A stretch of 45,420 nucleotides of DNA from an uncultured Anaerolineales bacterium (GTDB lineage: Bacteria; Chloroflexota; Anaerolineae; UBA1429). This document shows positions 26,775 through 35,649 of the stretch, one piece after another; positions within the stretch are counted from its first letter, which is position 1; every line of letters starts with the position of its first letter. Location of the stretch: NCBI GenBank assembly GCA_964649365.1, contig CAZYPJ010000002.1, forward strand, positions 11,263-56,682. The letters run 5' to 3'. The notes below the pieces were generated by a model. That model was not told the origin of the DNA, made no database searches, and was given only the letters and a program-made list of their open reading frames with translations. The position numbers and the translations under genes were made by a program.

Positions 26775-27182
26775 ATGGTCTGGCAAGCGCGATTGTTTTT
26801 CGTGGCTCTGGGGCTGGCGGTGCTGATCTTTGTCATCAACCTGGTGCGCACCAAAAAGCTCAAGGAGGAATATGCTCTGCTGTGGCTGTTCATGGCAGTC
26901 ACGCTGGTGGTGGCGCCGCTGTTGATTGATGTGATTGATACCGTGTCATTCGCCATCGGCATTGATTACCCACCCGCGCTGATCATCGTCATCGCCCTGG
27001 TGTGTTTCGCGCTGATCTTTTTCCAAATCTCGGTGACGATCTCCAAGTTCAGTGAGCAGATCAAGTCGCTCAGCCAAGATTTGGCGCTGACGCGCCACCG
27101 CCTGCGCGACCTAGAAGCGCGGCTCGCTTTGGGCGCATCGCAGGATGACGTCGCCCAACATGGCGAGCCAGGTGACAAGTGA
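26775..27182 (+). CDS. DUF2304-family small membrane protein
   Basis: MVWQARLFFVALGLAVLIFVINLVRTKKLKEEYALLWLFMAVTLVVAPL... with 3-4 TM segments plus a C-terminal amphipathic/coiled tail. GGAGGG lies 5 nt upstream of ATG 26775. The track start GTG 26745 overlaps the previous gene. Confidence 0.78.
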   Translation: MVWQARLFFVALGLAVLIFVINLVRTKKLKEEYALLWLFMAVTLVVAPLLIDVIDTVSFAIGIDYPPALIIVIALVCFALIFFQISVTISKFSEQIKSLSQDLALTRHRLRDLEARLALGASQDDVAQHGEPGDK

Positions 27183-27192
27183 GGTGATGCTT

Positions 27193-28863
27193 ATGTCGGC
27201 CCGTGAGACCTCGCGCCCGAATCGCCATGAGCGGCTCTGGTTGCTGCTGCTCGCGTTATTGGCGGCGGGGGTGCGCCTGTATTTGGCCAGCCAGCCTCGC
27301 GTGATCCGCTGGGACGAGCCGGATTATCTCTGGCTGGGCAAAAGCCTTCTGACTGGATATGGCTATACCATTGGCGGCGCGCCCGAACTGCACTATACAC
27401 CACTGTTCCCACTGCTGGCGGGCGGCGTCTATGCTCTGACGGGCAACCCCGAGCTTGGTTCGTCGTTCTGGTATGTGCTGCTGGGCGCGGCGACCGTCGT
27501 GCCGGTATATGCCTTGGCGCGTCGCATCTATAGCTTGCGCGTGGGGTTGACCGCCGCCGGCCTGGCGGCTATCTTTCCGGCGCTCAGTTCGGCAGTGCTC
27601 TATTGGGGCACGATGACCGAGCCGCTGTTCATCTTTTTGGTCTGGTGCGCGCTGTGGGCGGCGCACAGGGCGCTGGAGGACGAGCGCCCTTGGCGGTTCG
27701 GATTGGTGGGCGGCCTGCTTTGCCTGGCCTATCTGGCGCGCCCCGAAGGAATCGTCTGGGCGGCGGCGATAGGTGCTTTGGTTGTGGTGGTGTGGTGGGT
27801 TCGTCGCCGCAAGTGGAGTTGGCGGCTGGCGGCGTGTTTCGCGGTCTATGTGACCGTGTTTCTCTTGCTGGCGTTGCCTTATGCGGCGTTGCTCCACCGC
27901 TACACCGGCAAGTGGATGGCTACCGGCAAGCTCAGCATCACTTACGATATCGGCGAGGCAGTGCTGGAGCGCGACCCCGTGCGCTATGACGAAGTGACTG
28001 CTAGTCTCGACCCTGCTTCGGGTGAGATTCTTTGGTGGTCGGCTAAGCGTTTTGAGCGCGGCGTGCTCGATTACCTTTTAGACGATCCGGCGCTATTCGT
28101 GCAGCGAATGGCGCGCAATTTCCAGCGTATGACGGCGTTCATCTTTGCAGGTATGGTCTTTTCGCGCCTGCTGTTAGCCCCGGTGGTGTTGGGTTGGTTC
28201 CGTCAGCCGTGGACGCGTCGCCGCCTGGAAGATGAGCTACTATTGTGGTTCGGCGCGTTGCCCGTGTTGGCGTTCTTGCCGTTTCACGTCGAGATCAGGT
28301 TTTTCTCACCAGCCTTTCCGACGTTGTTGATCTGGTTGGCTGCAGGGCTGTGGGATGGGGGTCGCTGGATCGCCGAAACGTGGGCGCAGTGGCGCCGGGG
28401 CGATAAAAAAGCCGAGCAAGCTACGGCTCACGCGGCAACCAGGCGCGCGCAAACGCTGGGAGCCTTGGCGTTGGTCGCCGTTGTCACCATCTTTTTCGGG
28501 ATCATCCACGGGCGTACTGTCCGAACCGGCATGAACGATTTGAGCTATGCGCACAAAGCAGCAGGGCTGTGGCTCAAGGAAAATACCCCTACCGATGCCG
28601 CCATCATGTCGCGCGATCTGGCCGTGTCGCTTTATGCCGAGCGGGGCTTTGTGGCGTCGCCTCGCGCCGATTATGGGGACTATTTAGCTTATGCGCGTCG
28701 CAAGGGCGCTGACTATCTCCTGGTGGACGAGCGCGAGTTGTTAGTATTGCGCCCTCACTTGTCGTTCTTGCTCGATGACGCTCATCCGCCCGTCGAATTG
28801 GAACCGGTGTTCAAGTCGCGTGATGGCAAGGGCTTGACCATCGTCTATCGCATCAAGGATTAA
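27193..28863 (+). CDS. GT39/PMT_2-like (ArnT-like) GT-C membrane glycosyltransferase
   Basis: RLYLASQPRVIRWDEPDYLWLGKSLLTGYGYTIGGAPELHYTPLFPLLAG, then multiple TM segments. The C-terminal soluble domain ends in ...YLLVDERELLVLRP...TIVYRIKD. Start is ATG 27193 (or 27187) after GAGG. The track start 27145 overlaps the previous gene. Confidence 0.83.
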   Translation: MSARETSRPNRHERLWLLLLALLAAGVRLYLASQPRVIRWDEPDYLWLGKSLLTGYGYTIGGAPELHYTPLFPLLAGGVYALTGNPELGSSFWYVLLGAATVVPVYALARRIYSLRVGLTAAGLAAIFPALSSAVLYWGTMTEPLFIFLVWCALWAAHRALEDERPWRFGLVGGLLCLAYLARPEGIVWAAAIGALVVVVWWVRRRKWSWRLAACFAVYVTVFLLLALPYAALLHRYTGKWMATGKLSITYDIGEAVLERDPVRYDEVTASLDPASGEILWWSAKRFERGVLDYLLDDPALFVQRMARNFQRMTAFIFAGMVFSRLLLAPVVLGWFRQPWTRRRLEDELLLWFGALPVLAFLPFHVEIRFFSPAFPTLLIWLAAGLWDGGRWIAETWAQWRRGDKKAEQATAHAATRRAQTLGALALVAVVTIFFGIIHGRTVRTGMNDLSYAHKAAGLWLKENTPTDAAIMSRDLAVSLYAERGFVASPRADYGDYLAYARRKGADYLLVDERELLVLRPHLSFLLDDAHPPVELEPVFKSRDGKGLTIVYRIKD

Positions 28864-28869
28864 CACGCT

Positions 28870-30630
28870 ATGTCCAAGCAGAACGTTATACCATTGAGAT
28901 CCGCGACGCTTCAGTCGCCTGTGCGCGGAGCCTACTGGCGGCGCTGGGGATTGCTGTGGGCCATCTGGGGGCTGGGCCTGGGGCTGCGGCTGGCGCTTTC
29001 GCAGATGGATCGCGTCGTCTGGGGTGATGAGCCGTTCTACCTCTGGCTGGGTCGCAATTGGGTCACGGGGCAGGGCTATTCTTTTACTGGCCACCCCGAT
29101 GTGCATCACGGCCCGTTGTTCCCCTGGCTGGCGGGGCTGCTCTACCTGGCGACCAGCGATCTGGCGTTGGCCAGTGAGATTCTCTATACACTCTTTGGCT
29201 CACTTTTGGTGTGGCCAGTGTATGCGCTCGGCCTCGAATTGTACGACCGGCGGGTGGGGTTGGGCGCGGCCGCGCTGACGGCGGTCTTCCCGGCGTTAAC
29301 GGCGGCCATCTTGCATTGGGGTTCGATGACCGAGCCGATCTATATGTTCTGCGTCTATCTGGGGCTGTGGGCCGGGGCGCTGATGGCGCGGCCCCTGTGG
29401 CGATTCGGCGACTCGACCTCTCCGCAGACCCAAGATTCCTGGTGGGCCTATCCGTTGGCAGGGTTGGCGATTGGTCTGGCCTATCTTGCCCGCCCCGAAG
29501 CTATTGGCTACTTTGTGTTGCTGGGAGCGTTCATCATAGTGTTGCGCCTGGCGCGGCGGCGGCTGTGGAGCGGGCGCTTCTGGTTGTTGATGCTGCTTTT
29601 TGTCCTGGCCTTTGGATTGGCTTTCGGCCCTTATGCCTATTACACTCGTCTCAACACGGGCGCGTGGATGGTGAGCGAAAAAGTGGGTGTGGCCTATCTC
29701 ACGGGTATTGGCTTGGCTCACGGCGATACGGCAGCTTTTGACCGTTCGACCTGGGGGCTGGATTCCACTGGCCTGGAGACGTTCTTTTTCTCTTCTGAAA
29801 GCTACAATGTGAGCATGGCGCAGCTTATCTTGGCCGATCCCGAGACCTTTATCACTGTATTAGCGATGAATGTGTTACGCTTTGGACAGGTGTTAGTGGA
29901 TAGTGCGTTACTGCCCGCCCTGTTGTTGCCGCTGATCGTGTTGGGCCTCTTTGCGCGCGGGTGGACGCGCGAGCGTACTCTCAAAGAGTTGTTCTTGCTG
30001 ATCTCGATGGGACCGGTGCTGGCGTTCGTGCTCTTTTTCATTCAGGCGCGTTACATCGTGCCGCTGATCCCCGTCTTTATCTTGTGGACGGCGCTAGGTC
30101 TGCGCGCGTTCAGCGATTGGCTGATCGGCACATGCGCCGCGATGGGTGCGCCTGAGACTGCGACTCCAGCGAGCGCGCCGCGGCGCCGCGCCTGGTTTGC
30201 CTCGGCGCGTTGGCAGGCGGCGCTCGATATTGGGCCGGCGCTACTGGTGATCGCGCTGCTTTTGGCGGCCCAACCGAGAGTAATCCGCGAGGTTACATCA
30301 GTTGGATCGGTGCGCCCGGAACACAAATTGGTGGGCGAGTATCTGGCGGGCATCGTAGGGCACGACGAGGTCATTATGGCGCGCTATCCGGCCATCGCTT
30401 TTCACGCCGACGCGCGTTGGGTTCCCACACCCAACGCCTCGTGGCCCGAAATCTTGCGCTATGCCCAACACAAAGGTGTGCGCTATTTTGTAATTGATGA
30501 GCGTGAGCTGCGCTATCGTCCCCAACTTCAGAACCTGGTGACGGGCGACCAGGCGCCGGCCCCGTTGCAACGTCTCTATCAGATCACCGGCGATGGCGAG
30601 CGCATTGTCGTTTATCGCCTGGGCGATTGA
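28870..30630 (+). CDS. GT39/PMT_2-like GT-C membrane glycosyltransferase (tandem paralog of 27193)
   Basis: RLALSQMDRVVWGDEPFYLWLGRNWVTGQGYSFTGHPDVHHGPLFPWLAG, and C-terminal ...YFVIDERELRYRP...IVVYRLGD. Both are co-linear with the upstream paralog. Confidence 0.83.
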   Translation: MSKQNVIPLRSATLQSPVRGAYWRRWGLLWAIWGLGLGLRLALSQMDRVVWGDEPFYLWLGRNWVTGQGYSFTGHPDVHHGPLFPWLAGLLYLATSDLALASEILYTLFGSLLVWPVYALGLELYDRRVGLGAAALTAVFPALTAAILHWGSMTEPIYMFCVYLGLWAGALMARPLWRFGDSTSPQTQDSWWAYPLAGLAIGLAYLARPEAIGYFVLLGAFIIVLRLARRRLWSGRFWLLMLLFVLAFGLAFGPYAYYTRLNTGAWMVSEKVGVAYLTGIGLAHGDTAAFDRSTWGLDSTGLETFFFSSESYNVSMAQLILADPETFITVLAMNVLRFGQVLVDSALLPALLLPLIVLGLFARGWTRERTLKELFLLISMGPVLAFVLFFIQARYIVPLIPVFILWTALGLRAFSDWLIGTCAAMGAPETATPASAPRRRAWFASARWQAALDIGPALLVIALLLAAQPRVIREVTSVGSVRPEHKLVGEYLAGIVGHDEVIMARYPAIAFHADARWVPTPNASWPEILRYAQHKGVRYFVIDERELRYRPQLQNLVTGDQAPAPLQRLYQITGDGERIVVYRLGD

Positions 30631-30652
30631 TATCAATATACGAGGAAGCCAC

Positions 30653-31375
30653 TTGACTAACGGATTCAATCAGCCGGATGTAAACAAAGAACTCGAGCAA
30701 CAGAGGCGTTTGGGCGAGGCCGACGCCTATCTCTATTGGTTGTTTCAGAATCTGGAGCCGTACATCGGCCAACGCGTGCTCGATGTGGGCTGCGCCATCG
30801 GGAATATCACCCAGTTTTTTATCAACCGCGAGCGCGTGGTGGGGATTGATGTGGCCCCCGAGATGATCGCCGAGGTACGCCAACGTTTTGCGGATCGCGC
30901 CAATTTCGACGCCTGCGTGTACGACATCTCCCAACCTGATGTGCTGGCGTTGGCCGACGAACGACTGGACACCATTGTATGTGTTCACGTGTTGGAGCAC
31001 GTGGCCGACGACCGCGCCTCGCTGATTCATATGCGGGCCTTGTTGCCCAAAGGGGGACGGTTGATCTTGCTCGTGCCGACGGTGAAATGGGTATGGGGCG
31101 CGCTCGACGAGGCTACCGGTCACCAGCGGCGTTACAATTGGCCTGAACTGCCCCCGCTCCTTGCTGACACAGGGTTCGAGATCGAGGATCATTGGTACGT
31201 CAATTTCCTGGCTATCTTTGGTTGGTGGTTTACCGGGCGCGTGTTGCGCCGCGAGATCATCCCCACTGGCCAATACAGTCTGTATAATCGGATTACGCCG
31301 ATCCTGGCGCGCCTGGAAAGGTGGCTGCGTCCGCCCATTGGCCTATCGGTAGCTTGTATCTGCAAGGCAGTGTAG
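30653..31375 (+). CDS. Class I SAM-dependent methyltransferase
   Basis: VLDVGCAIGNIT (motif I), VVGIDVAPEMI, CVHVLEHV, LPKGGRLILLVP. The start is uncertain. TTG 30653 has GAGGAA 5 nt upstream. ATG 30593 (track) would overlap the previous gene by 38 nt. Confidence 0.8.
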   Translation: MTNGFNQPDVNKELEQQRRLGEADAYLYWLFQNLEPYIGQRVLDVGCAIGNITQFFINRERVVGIDVAPEMIAEVRQRFADRANFDACVYDISQPDVLALADERLDTIVCVHVLEHVADDRASLIHMRALLPKGGRLILLVPTVKWVWGALDEATGHQRRYNWPELPPLLADTGFEIEDHWYVNFLAIFGWWFTGRVLRREIIPTGQYSLYNRITPILARLERWLRPPIGLSVACICKAV

Positions 31376-31377
31376 CG

Positions 31378-32724
31378 ATGCGTATCTTGCTGATCGTCCC
31401 ACCGGGCTTGCCGGGTGTGACGCCCAACCACGAAGGCTCTTCGGGTTTAGGCGCCTTAGAGTCTGGCGCTGGGGCGTTTCGCTATCCGCCGCACACCATG
31501 GCGACGGCGGCATCGGCCCTGCGCGCGGCGGGGCATTCGGTCGAGGCGCTGGATGCGCCAGCCACGCAACTCGATGTCGCCGTTTGCGTAGCGCGTGTTT
31601 GGGCGGCTGGCGCTGATTTGATTGGCGTGTTCGTCTCGTGGGCCACCCGCGAGGGAGATCGCGCTTTGCTCGCGGCGCTGCGCGATAGCAGGCTAACCGT
31701 GCCTGTAATCGTTCTAGGGATTAGTGTGGCCTGGATGCACGATGATCTGGCCGCTGCTGACTATCTGCTAGAGGGGGAGCCAGAACTGGCCATAGCCGCA
31801 TTAGCTGATGCGCTAGATAGGGATCGCGTTAGCTTACCGCGAATCGTTACGCCAGCATCACTTGGCTTGCAGGGGTACGACTCTCAGGGTCTCATCGCCG
31901 ATCTGGATGCGCTGCCCGTCCCCGCGTGGGATTTGTGGCCTGTGTCACGCTATCCGTTCCTCAGCGTGCTCAGTAGTCGGGGTTGCGAGGCGCGCTGCAG
32001 CTGGTGTCCTTATGTCGTGGCGCAAGGGCGGCGTTTTCGCTCGCAGTCGCCCGAACGGGTGGTGGGTGAACTGCGCGAGATCGTGCAACGTTATCACCCC
32101 AAGCGTATCGTTTTTCGCGATCCGGCCTTTGCCCACGACTCTCAGCGCGTGGAGGCGATTTGTCATTTGATTTTGCGCGATCCCGTGTTGCAGCCCGGCG
32201 ATAATTTGCTATGGGAGTGCGAATCGCACCCCGAGCATTTCAGCGCGCCGCTCTTGCGCTGGATGGGGCTGGCGGGCTGCGTGGGCATCAAGATCGGGCT
32301 GGAAACGGCAGACGCCGCCGTTTTAGAACGCGAACAACGGCTGTTGCGCGCCGATCGTGATGACTATTTGGCGCATATCGCCATGCTCGCGCGCGAGTGC
32401 GCCCACCGAGGGATCGCCTGCCGGTTATATGTCATTGCGGGCTTGCCCGGCCAGGCTCTGGAGGCTACGTGCGAGACAGCTGCTTTTGCGCAGCGCATCC
32501 GCCCGGCGGCGTTTTCTATCCGTCCGCTCAAGTATTACCCGGGCTGTCAGCTTTCGATGGCGTCGGAATCATCAGCGGAAGAGACGCGTGCCCAAATGGA
32601 GATATTGCTAGAGGCGCAACAGGCCATCGCCCGGGCTGGTGCGCCTTTGGGATCACGTTGGCGGCGACGATTGGATCGGGCGTGGAGCCGCATTGTGTTG
32701 GCGTTCTCGGAGAGGAGGGTTTGA
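31378..32724 (+). CDS. B12-binding-domain radical SAM enzyme
   Basis: MRILLIVPPGLPG... (Rossmann-like B12-binding-type N-domain), SSRGCEARCSWCPY (CxxxCxxC), RIVFRDPAFAHD. ATG 31378 lies 2 nt after the upstream TAG. The track start 31321 is over-extended. Confidence 0.85.
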   Translation: MRILLIVPPGLPGVTPNHEGSSGLGALESGAGAFRYPPHTMATAASALRAAGHSVEALDAPATQLDVAVCVARVWAAGADLIGVFVSWATREGDRALLAALRDSRLTVPVIVLGISVAWMHDDLAAADYLLEGEPELAIAALADALDRDRVSLPRIVTPASLGLQGYDSQGLIADLDALPVPAWDLWPVSRYPFLSVLSSRGCEARCSWCPYVVAQGRRFRSQSPERVVGELREIVQRYHPKRIVFRDPAFAHDSQRVEAICHLILRDPVLQPGDNLLWECESHPEHFSAPLLRWMGLAGCVGIKIGLETADAAVLEREQRLLRADRDDYLAHIAMLARECAHRGIACRLYVIAGLPGQALEATCETAAFAQRIRPAAFSIRPLKYYPGCQLSMASESSAEETRAQMEILLEAQQAIARAGAPLGSRWRRRLDRAWSRIVLAFSERRV

Positions 32725-33701
32725 TGCGCGCCCTGGTAACTGGCGGCACAGGATTTGTCGGTTCGGCGGTGGTGCGCGCTTTGCTGGCCAACGGCGTACA
32801 GGTGGTGTGTTTGATTCGTTCCGGCAGTAACCAAAGGAACCTAGAGGGACTGGATGTAACCCTGGTTGAGGGCGACTTGAGCGACAGCGACTCACTTCGG
32901 CAGGCGCTGCGCGGCTGCCGGCAACTCTATCATGTGGCCGCCTTCTACAGCACGCGTCCCGAGGATGCCAAAGCGATGTTTACAATCAACGTTGAGGGGA
33001 CGCGCAATATCTTGCAAGCGGCGCTAGAATTGGGTTTGGAGCGCATCGTACACACCAGCACCATCGGCGTCATCGGGCGGCCATCCGATGGCCGTCTTCC
33101 CACAGAGAGCGACTTGTTTGACGACTGGGCTAACGCCAGTCCTTACGTCCGTAGCAAACTAGAGGCCGAGCGTATTGCGCTAGAATTGGCTGCGCATGGC
33201 GCGCCTATCGTGGTGGTGAACCCTTGTGCGCCCGTCGGCGCCCGCGACATCAAACCCTCCAGCAGCGGCGCGCGGATCATCGCTTACCTGATGGGACGCA
33301 CTCCGTCGTACCTACCGGGGGGGATCAATTTCGTGAGCGTGGAAGATGTGGCCGCCGGGCATCTACTAGCGGCGCGCCATGGGCGCGCTGGTGAGCGCTA
33401 TATCTTGGGCCATGCCGAGGGCAACCTGACGCTGGATGATTTCTGCGTGTTACTAGAGCGTGTCTCGGGCTTGCCCCAACCTCGCCAGGCGAATGCGAGT
33501 ACTCCACTTGCTGTCTTGCGGGCAGCGCTGCGGCGGCTGCGGGGCGACCCGCGCTCTCAGCTTGCTGCGCCGGGTTATCGCCCGCAGGCGCTGACCGCCG
33601 CCCCTAGCCGCGCCATCCACGAATTAGGCTTGCCACAGACGCCGCTGGAGGTTGCCTTTCGCCAAGCAATCGTTTGGTTTCGCGCCAACGGCTATGCCTA
33701 A
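32724..33701 (+). CDS. NAD-dependent epimerase/dehydratase family protein (HpnA / dihydroflavonol-reductase-like extended SDR)
   Basis: MRALVTGGTGFVGSAVVRALLANG (GxxGxxG), HTSTIG, YVRSK (YxxxK). The ATG overlaps the upstream TGA (TGATG) and GGAGAGGAGGG lies upstream. The 434-aa track ORF from 32397 is a 5' over-extension through the previous gene. Confidence 0.9.
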   Translation: MRALVTGGTGFVGSAVVRALLANGVQVVCLIRSGSNQRNLEGLDVTLVEGDLSDSDSLRQALRGCRQLYHVAAFYSTRPEDAKAMFTINVEGTRNILQAALELGLERIVHTSTIGVIGRPSDGRLPTESDLFDDWANASPYVRSKLEAERIALELAAHGAPIVVVNPCAPVGARDIKPSSSGARIIAYLMGRTPSYLPGGINFVSVEDVAAGHLLAARHGRAGERYILGHAEGNLTLDDFCVLLERVSGLPQPRQANASTPLAVLRAALRRLRGDPRSQLAAPGYRPQALTAAPSRAIHELGLPQTPLEVAFRQAIVWFRANGYA

Positions 33702-33779
33702 TCGGGGGCGCCGTCTTCCAGCCGGCAAGATTGCCGCCTGAAAGATGGCGTTCTCATTATACAGTATAAGGAGTAACCG

Positions 33780-34481
33780 TTGTCCCTAGTTTTCAGCCTC
33801 AAACGATCCCTTGCTCGTTCCTTTATGGAGCTTTCTGCTAAGCCATTGATCGGGCGCGCTTGCCTACGCTTGGCGGGTGCTCTGCGCGGACCATACAAGG
33901 ACAAACGCCTTCTGGCGCATTTGACGCGCCATCCCTATATCTCACCCAAGGCGCAAATCATGTGTCCGAAGCTAACTATCGGCCCGCAGTGCTTTATTGA
34001 TGAAGGGGTGACGATTTTCTCCCATCACGATGGCGGCGAGGTGCGCTTGGGCGAGGGGGTGCACATCTATCGCGGCACAATCATCGAAGTCGGACGCGGC
34101 GGCAGCGTCATCATCGGCGACCACACCCATATCCAGGCCAACTGCAACATCAAGGGTTTTTTGGCGAGCACGCGTATTGGTTGCAACGTGCAGATCGCGC
34201 CGCATTGTGGCTTTAGCCCTTATGAACACCGTTTCGATGATCTGGACGTCAACATTCGCGAGCAGGACATCGTTACGGCGGGTGACATTGTATTGGAGGA
34301 TAACGTCTGGCTGGGCCTCAGCGTGCAGGTGCTCGACGGCGTCACTATCGGCGCGGGCACAGTGGTAGGGGCGGGCGCAGTAGTCACCAAGAGTCTGCCA
34401 TCCAACGCCGTGGCCGTGGGCGTGCCGGCGCGGGTCATCCGGCGACGCGGCGAGGCCAATGGGTCGCCGCGCGCTATATGA
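33780..34481 (+). CDS. Left-handed beta-helix (hexapeptide repeat) acyl/acetyltransferase
   Basis: ...IGDHTHIQANCNIKG...IGCNVQIAPHCGFSPYEHRF...GDIVLEDNVWLGLSVQVLDGVTIGAGTVVGAGAVVTKSLPSNAVAVGVPARVIRRR. TTG 33780 is preceded by AAGGAG with a 6-nt spacer. Confidence 0.85.
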   Translation: MSLVFSLKRSLARSFMELSAKPLIGRACLRLAGALRGPYKDKRLLAHLTRHPYISPKAQIMCPKLTIGPQCFIDEGVTIFSHHDGGEVRLGEGVHIYRGTIIEVGRGGSVIIGDHTHIQANCNIKGFLASTRIGCNVQIAPHCGFSPYEHRFDDLDVNIREQDIVTAGDIVLEDNVWLGLSVQVLDGVTIGAGTVVGAGAVVTKSLPSNAVAVGVPARVIRRRGEANGSPRAI

Positions 34482-34564
34482 AGATATTGTCATAAGACCA
34501 CACTGCGCGGTTCAGCAGAGCTTCATCTTGACCCTTTAGAATACAAGATGGTTGAAAGGGGCGC

Positions 34565-35569
34565 ATGGGCGAACATAGGCGCATCTCGGTAGTAGTGCCG
34601 GTGTACAATGGGGCTTCCACATTGGCCAAATGCTTGGAAGCCCTTTTTGCCTCTGATTACGAGAATTTCGAGGTCATTGTCGTCAACGATGGTTCGACCG
34701 ATGCAACGCCCCAGATTGCTGCGCGTTACCCTTGTCGCCTATTGAACCAGCCTAATATGGGGGCTGCCCGAGCCAAGAACGCCGGCGCGCGCGAGGCCAC
34801 GGGCGAGTTGCTTTTTTTCACGGATGATGATGTTTACGCGCCGCCCCAGGCGCTTGGTTATGTAGCTGAGGCGCTCGCCGATCCGCAAGTGGATGGCGTG
34901 GTGGGGCTGTTAGGGCCGGATTGCCCGCACCCCAACTTTGCCAGCCAATTCAAGAACTTGTGGATGCACTATACCTACCGTCGCCAGCCGCGCCGGGTAG
35001 GATTGTTCTTTACCAGTGCGGCCGGTATCCGCCGCGAGTTGTTTCTGCACGAAGGCGGCTTTGATAGCCACTATGCTGGGGCCAGTATTACCGAAGACAT
35101 CGAATTCGGCCAGCGGTTGTTGAGCAAGGGCTATACCGTTGTCATGGATCAACGCCTGATGGTGACGCACGACAAGCGCTATTCCGGGCGTGAAGTGTTG
35201 CGTACCGATGTGCTTCGCGCGCGTGGGCTGATCCAGACCTGGCTGCGCAATCGCCTGGCGCAAGAAAAGCGCGCTCATTATGCCTCGGTTCCCTGGTTTT
35301 TTGGGGCGGGAGTGGCGGCGTTGGGATTGGGAACGCTTCTGGCGCTGCTGGCGTTGGCATTCTGGAGCGCGGCGCTATTGTGGGCCGCCCTGGCCATGGT
35401 TGCGGCGGCGCTGGCGTTCAACGCGCCTTTTCTCGCCGCGCTGTATCGCTGGCGTGGGCCGCGTTTTTTGGCGCAGAGCGTGACGTTCCTATTGGCCGAT
35501 TTGTTCGCCTCGGGCCTGGGCATCGCGCTGGGGATTTGCGACTTTGCGCTCCGCGGGCGCCGCTACTGA
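34565..35569 (+). CDS. GT2 glycosyltransferase with C-terminal transmembrane region
   Basis: ISVVVPVYNGASTLAKCLEALFAS...FEVIVVNDGSTDATPQIA...LLFFTDDDVYAP (DxD). The C-terminus has 3 hydrophobic segments (WFFGAGVAALGLGTLLALLALAF...). Confidence 0.85.
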   Translation: MGEHRRISVVVPVYNGASTLAKCLEALFASDYENFEVIVVNDGSTDATPQIAARYPCRLLNQPNMGAARAKNAGAREATGELLFFTDDDVYAPPQALGYVAEALADPQVDGVVGLLGPDCPHPNFASQFKNLWMHYTYRRQPRRVGLFFTSAAGIRRELFLHEGGFDSHYAGASITEDIEFGQRLLSKGYTVVMDQRLMVTHDKRYSGREVLRTDVLRARGLIQTWLRNRLAQEKRAHYASVPWFFGAGVAALGLGTLLALLALAFWSAALLWAALAMVAAALAFNAPFLAALYRWRGPRFLAQSVTFLLADLFASGLGIALGICDFALRGRRY

Positions 35570-35581
35570 ACGCATTACGAT

Positions 35582-35610
35582 TTCACGCTTTGTCAAGGAT
35601 TCGCTATAAT
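35582..35610 (+). promoter_or_regulatory. Candidate internal promoter heading the distal cassette
   Basis: TTCACG (35582-35587), 17-nt spacer, TATAAT (35605-35610). It lies in an 80-nt AT-richer gap between the GT2 stop (35569) and the radical SAM start (35650). GGAGGA RBS is at 35640-35645. Confidence 0.4.
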
Positions 35611-35649
35611 GTTTTTGATACAATATCGCTAAATATTTCGGAGGACGGC

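Noticed and set aside
23871-33701. Hopanoid side-chain (hpn) locus, suggested by an HpnA-like epimerase, B12-radical SAM (HpnJ-like), GT2 (HpnI-like) and a deacetylase.
   Set aside because: There is no squalene-hopene cyclase, HpnH, HpnG or squalene synthase genes in 45 kb. The deacetylase is NodB/DUF3473-type rather than YdjC/HpnK-type. The context is dominated by GT-C protein/glycan transferases.
9328-35649. 5'-extended track starts (9328, 13958, 19132, 26745, 27145, 31321, 32397, 35380).
   Set aside because: The extensions run through the preceding gene in another frame and encode Arg/Ala/Pro-rich junk. Internal ATG/GTG/TTG starts with Shine-Dalgarno-like sequences sit at or just after the upstream stop codons and give canonical N-termini (e.g. 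MRALVTGGTGFVG, MRILLIVPP, MGSLHYMKY).
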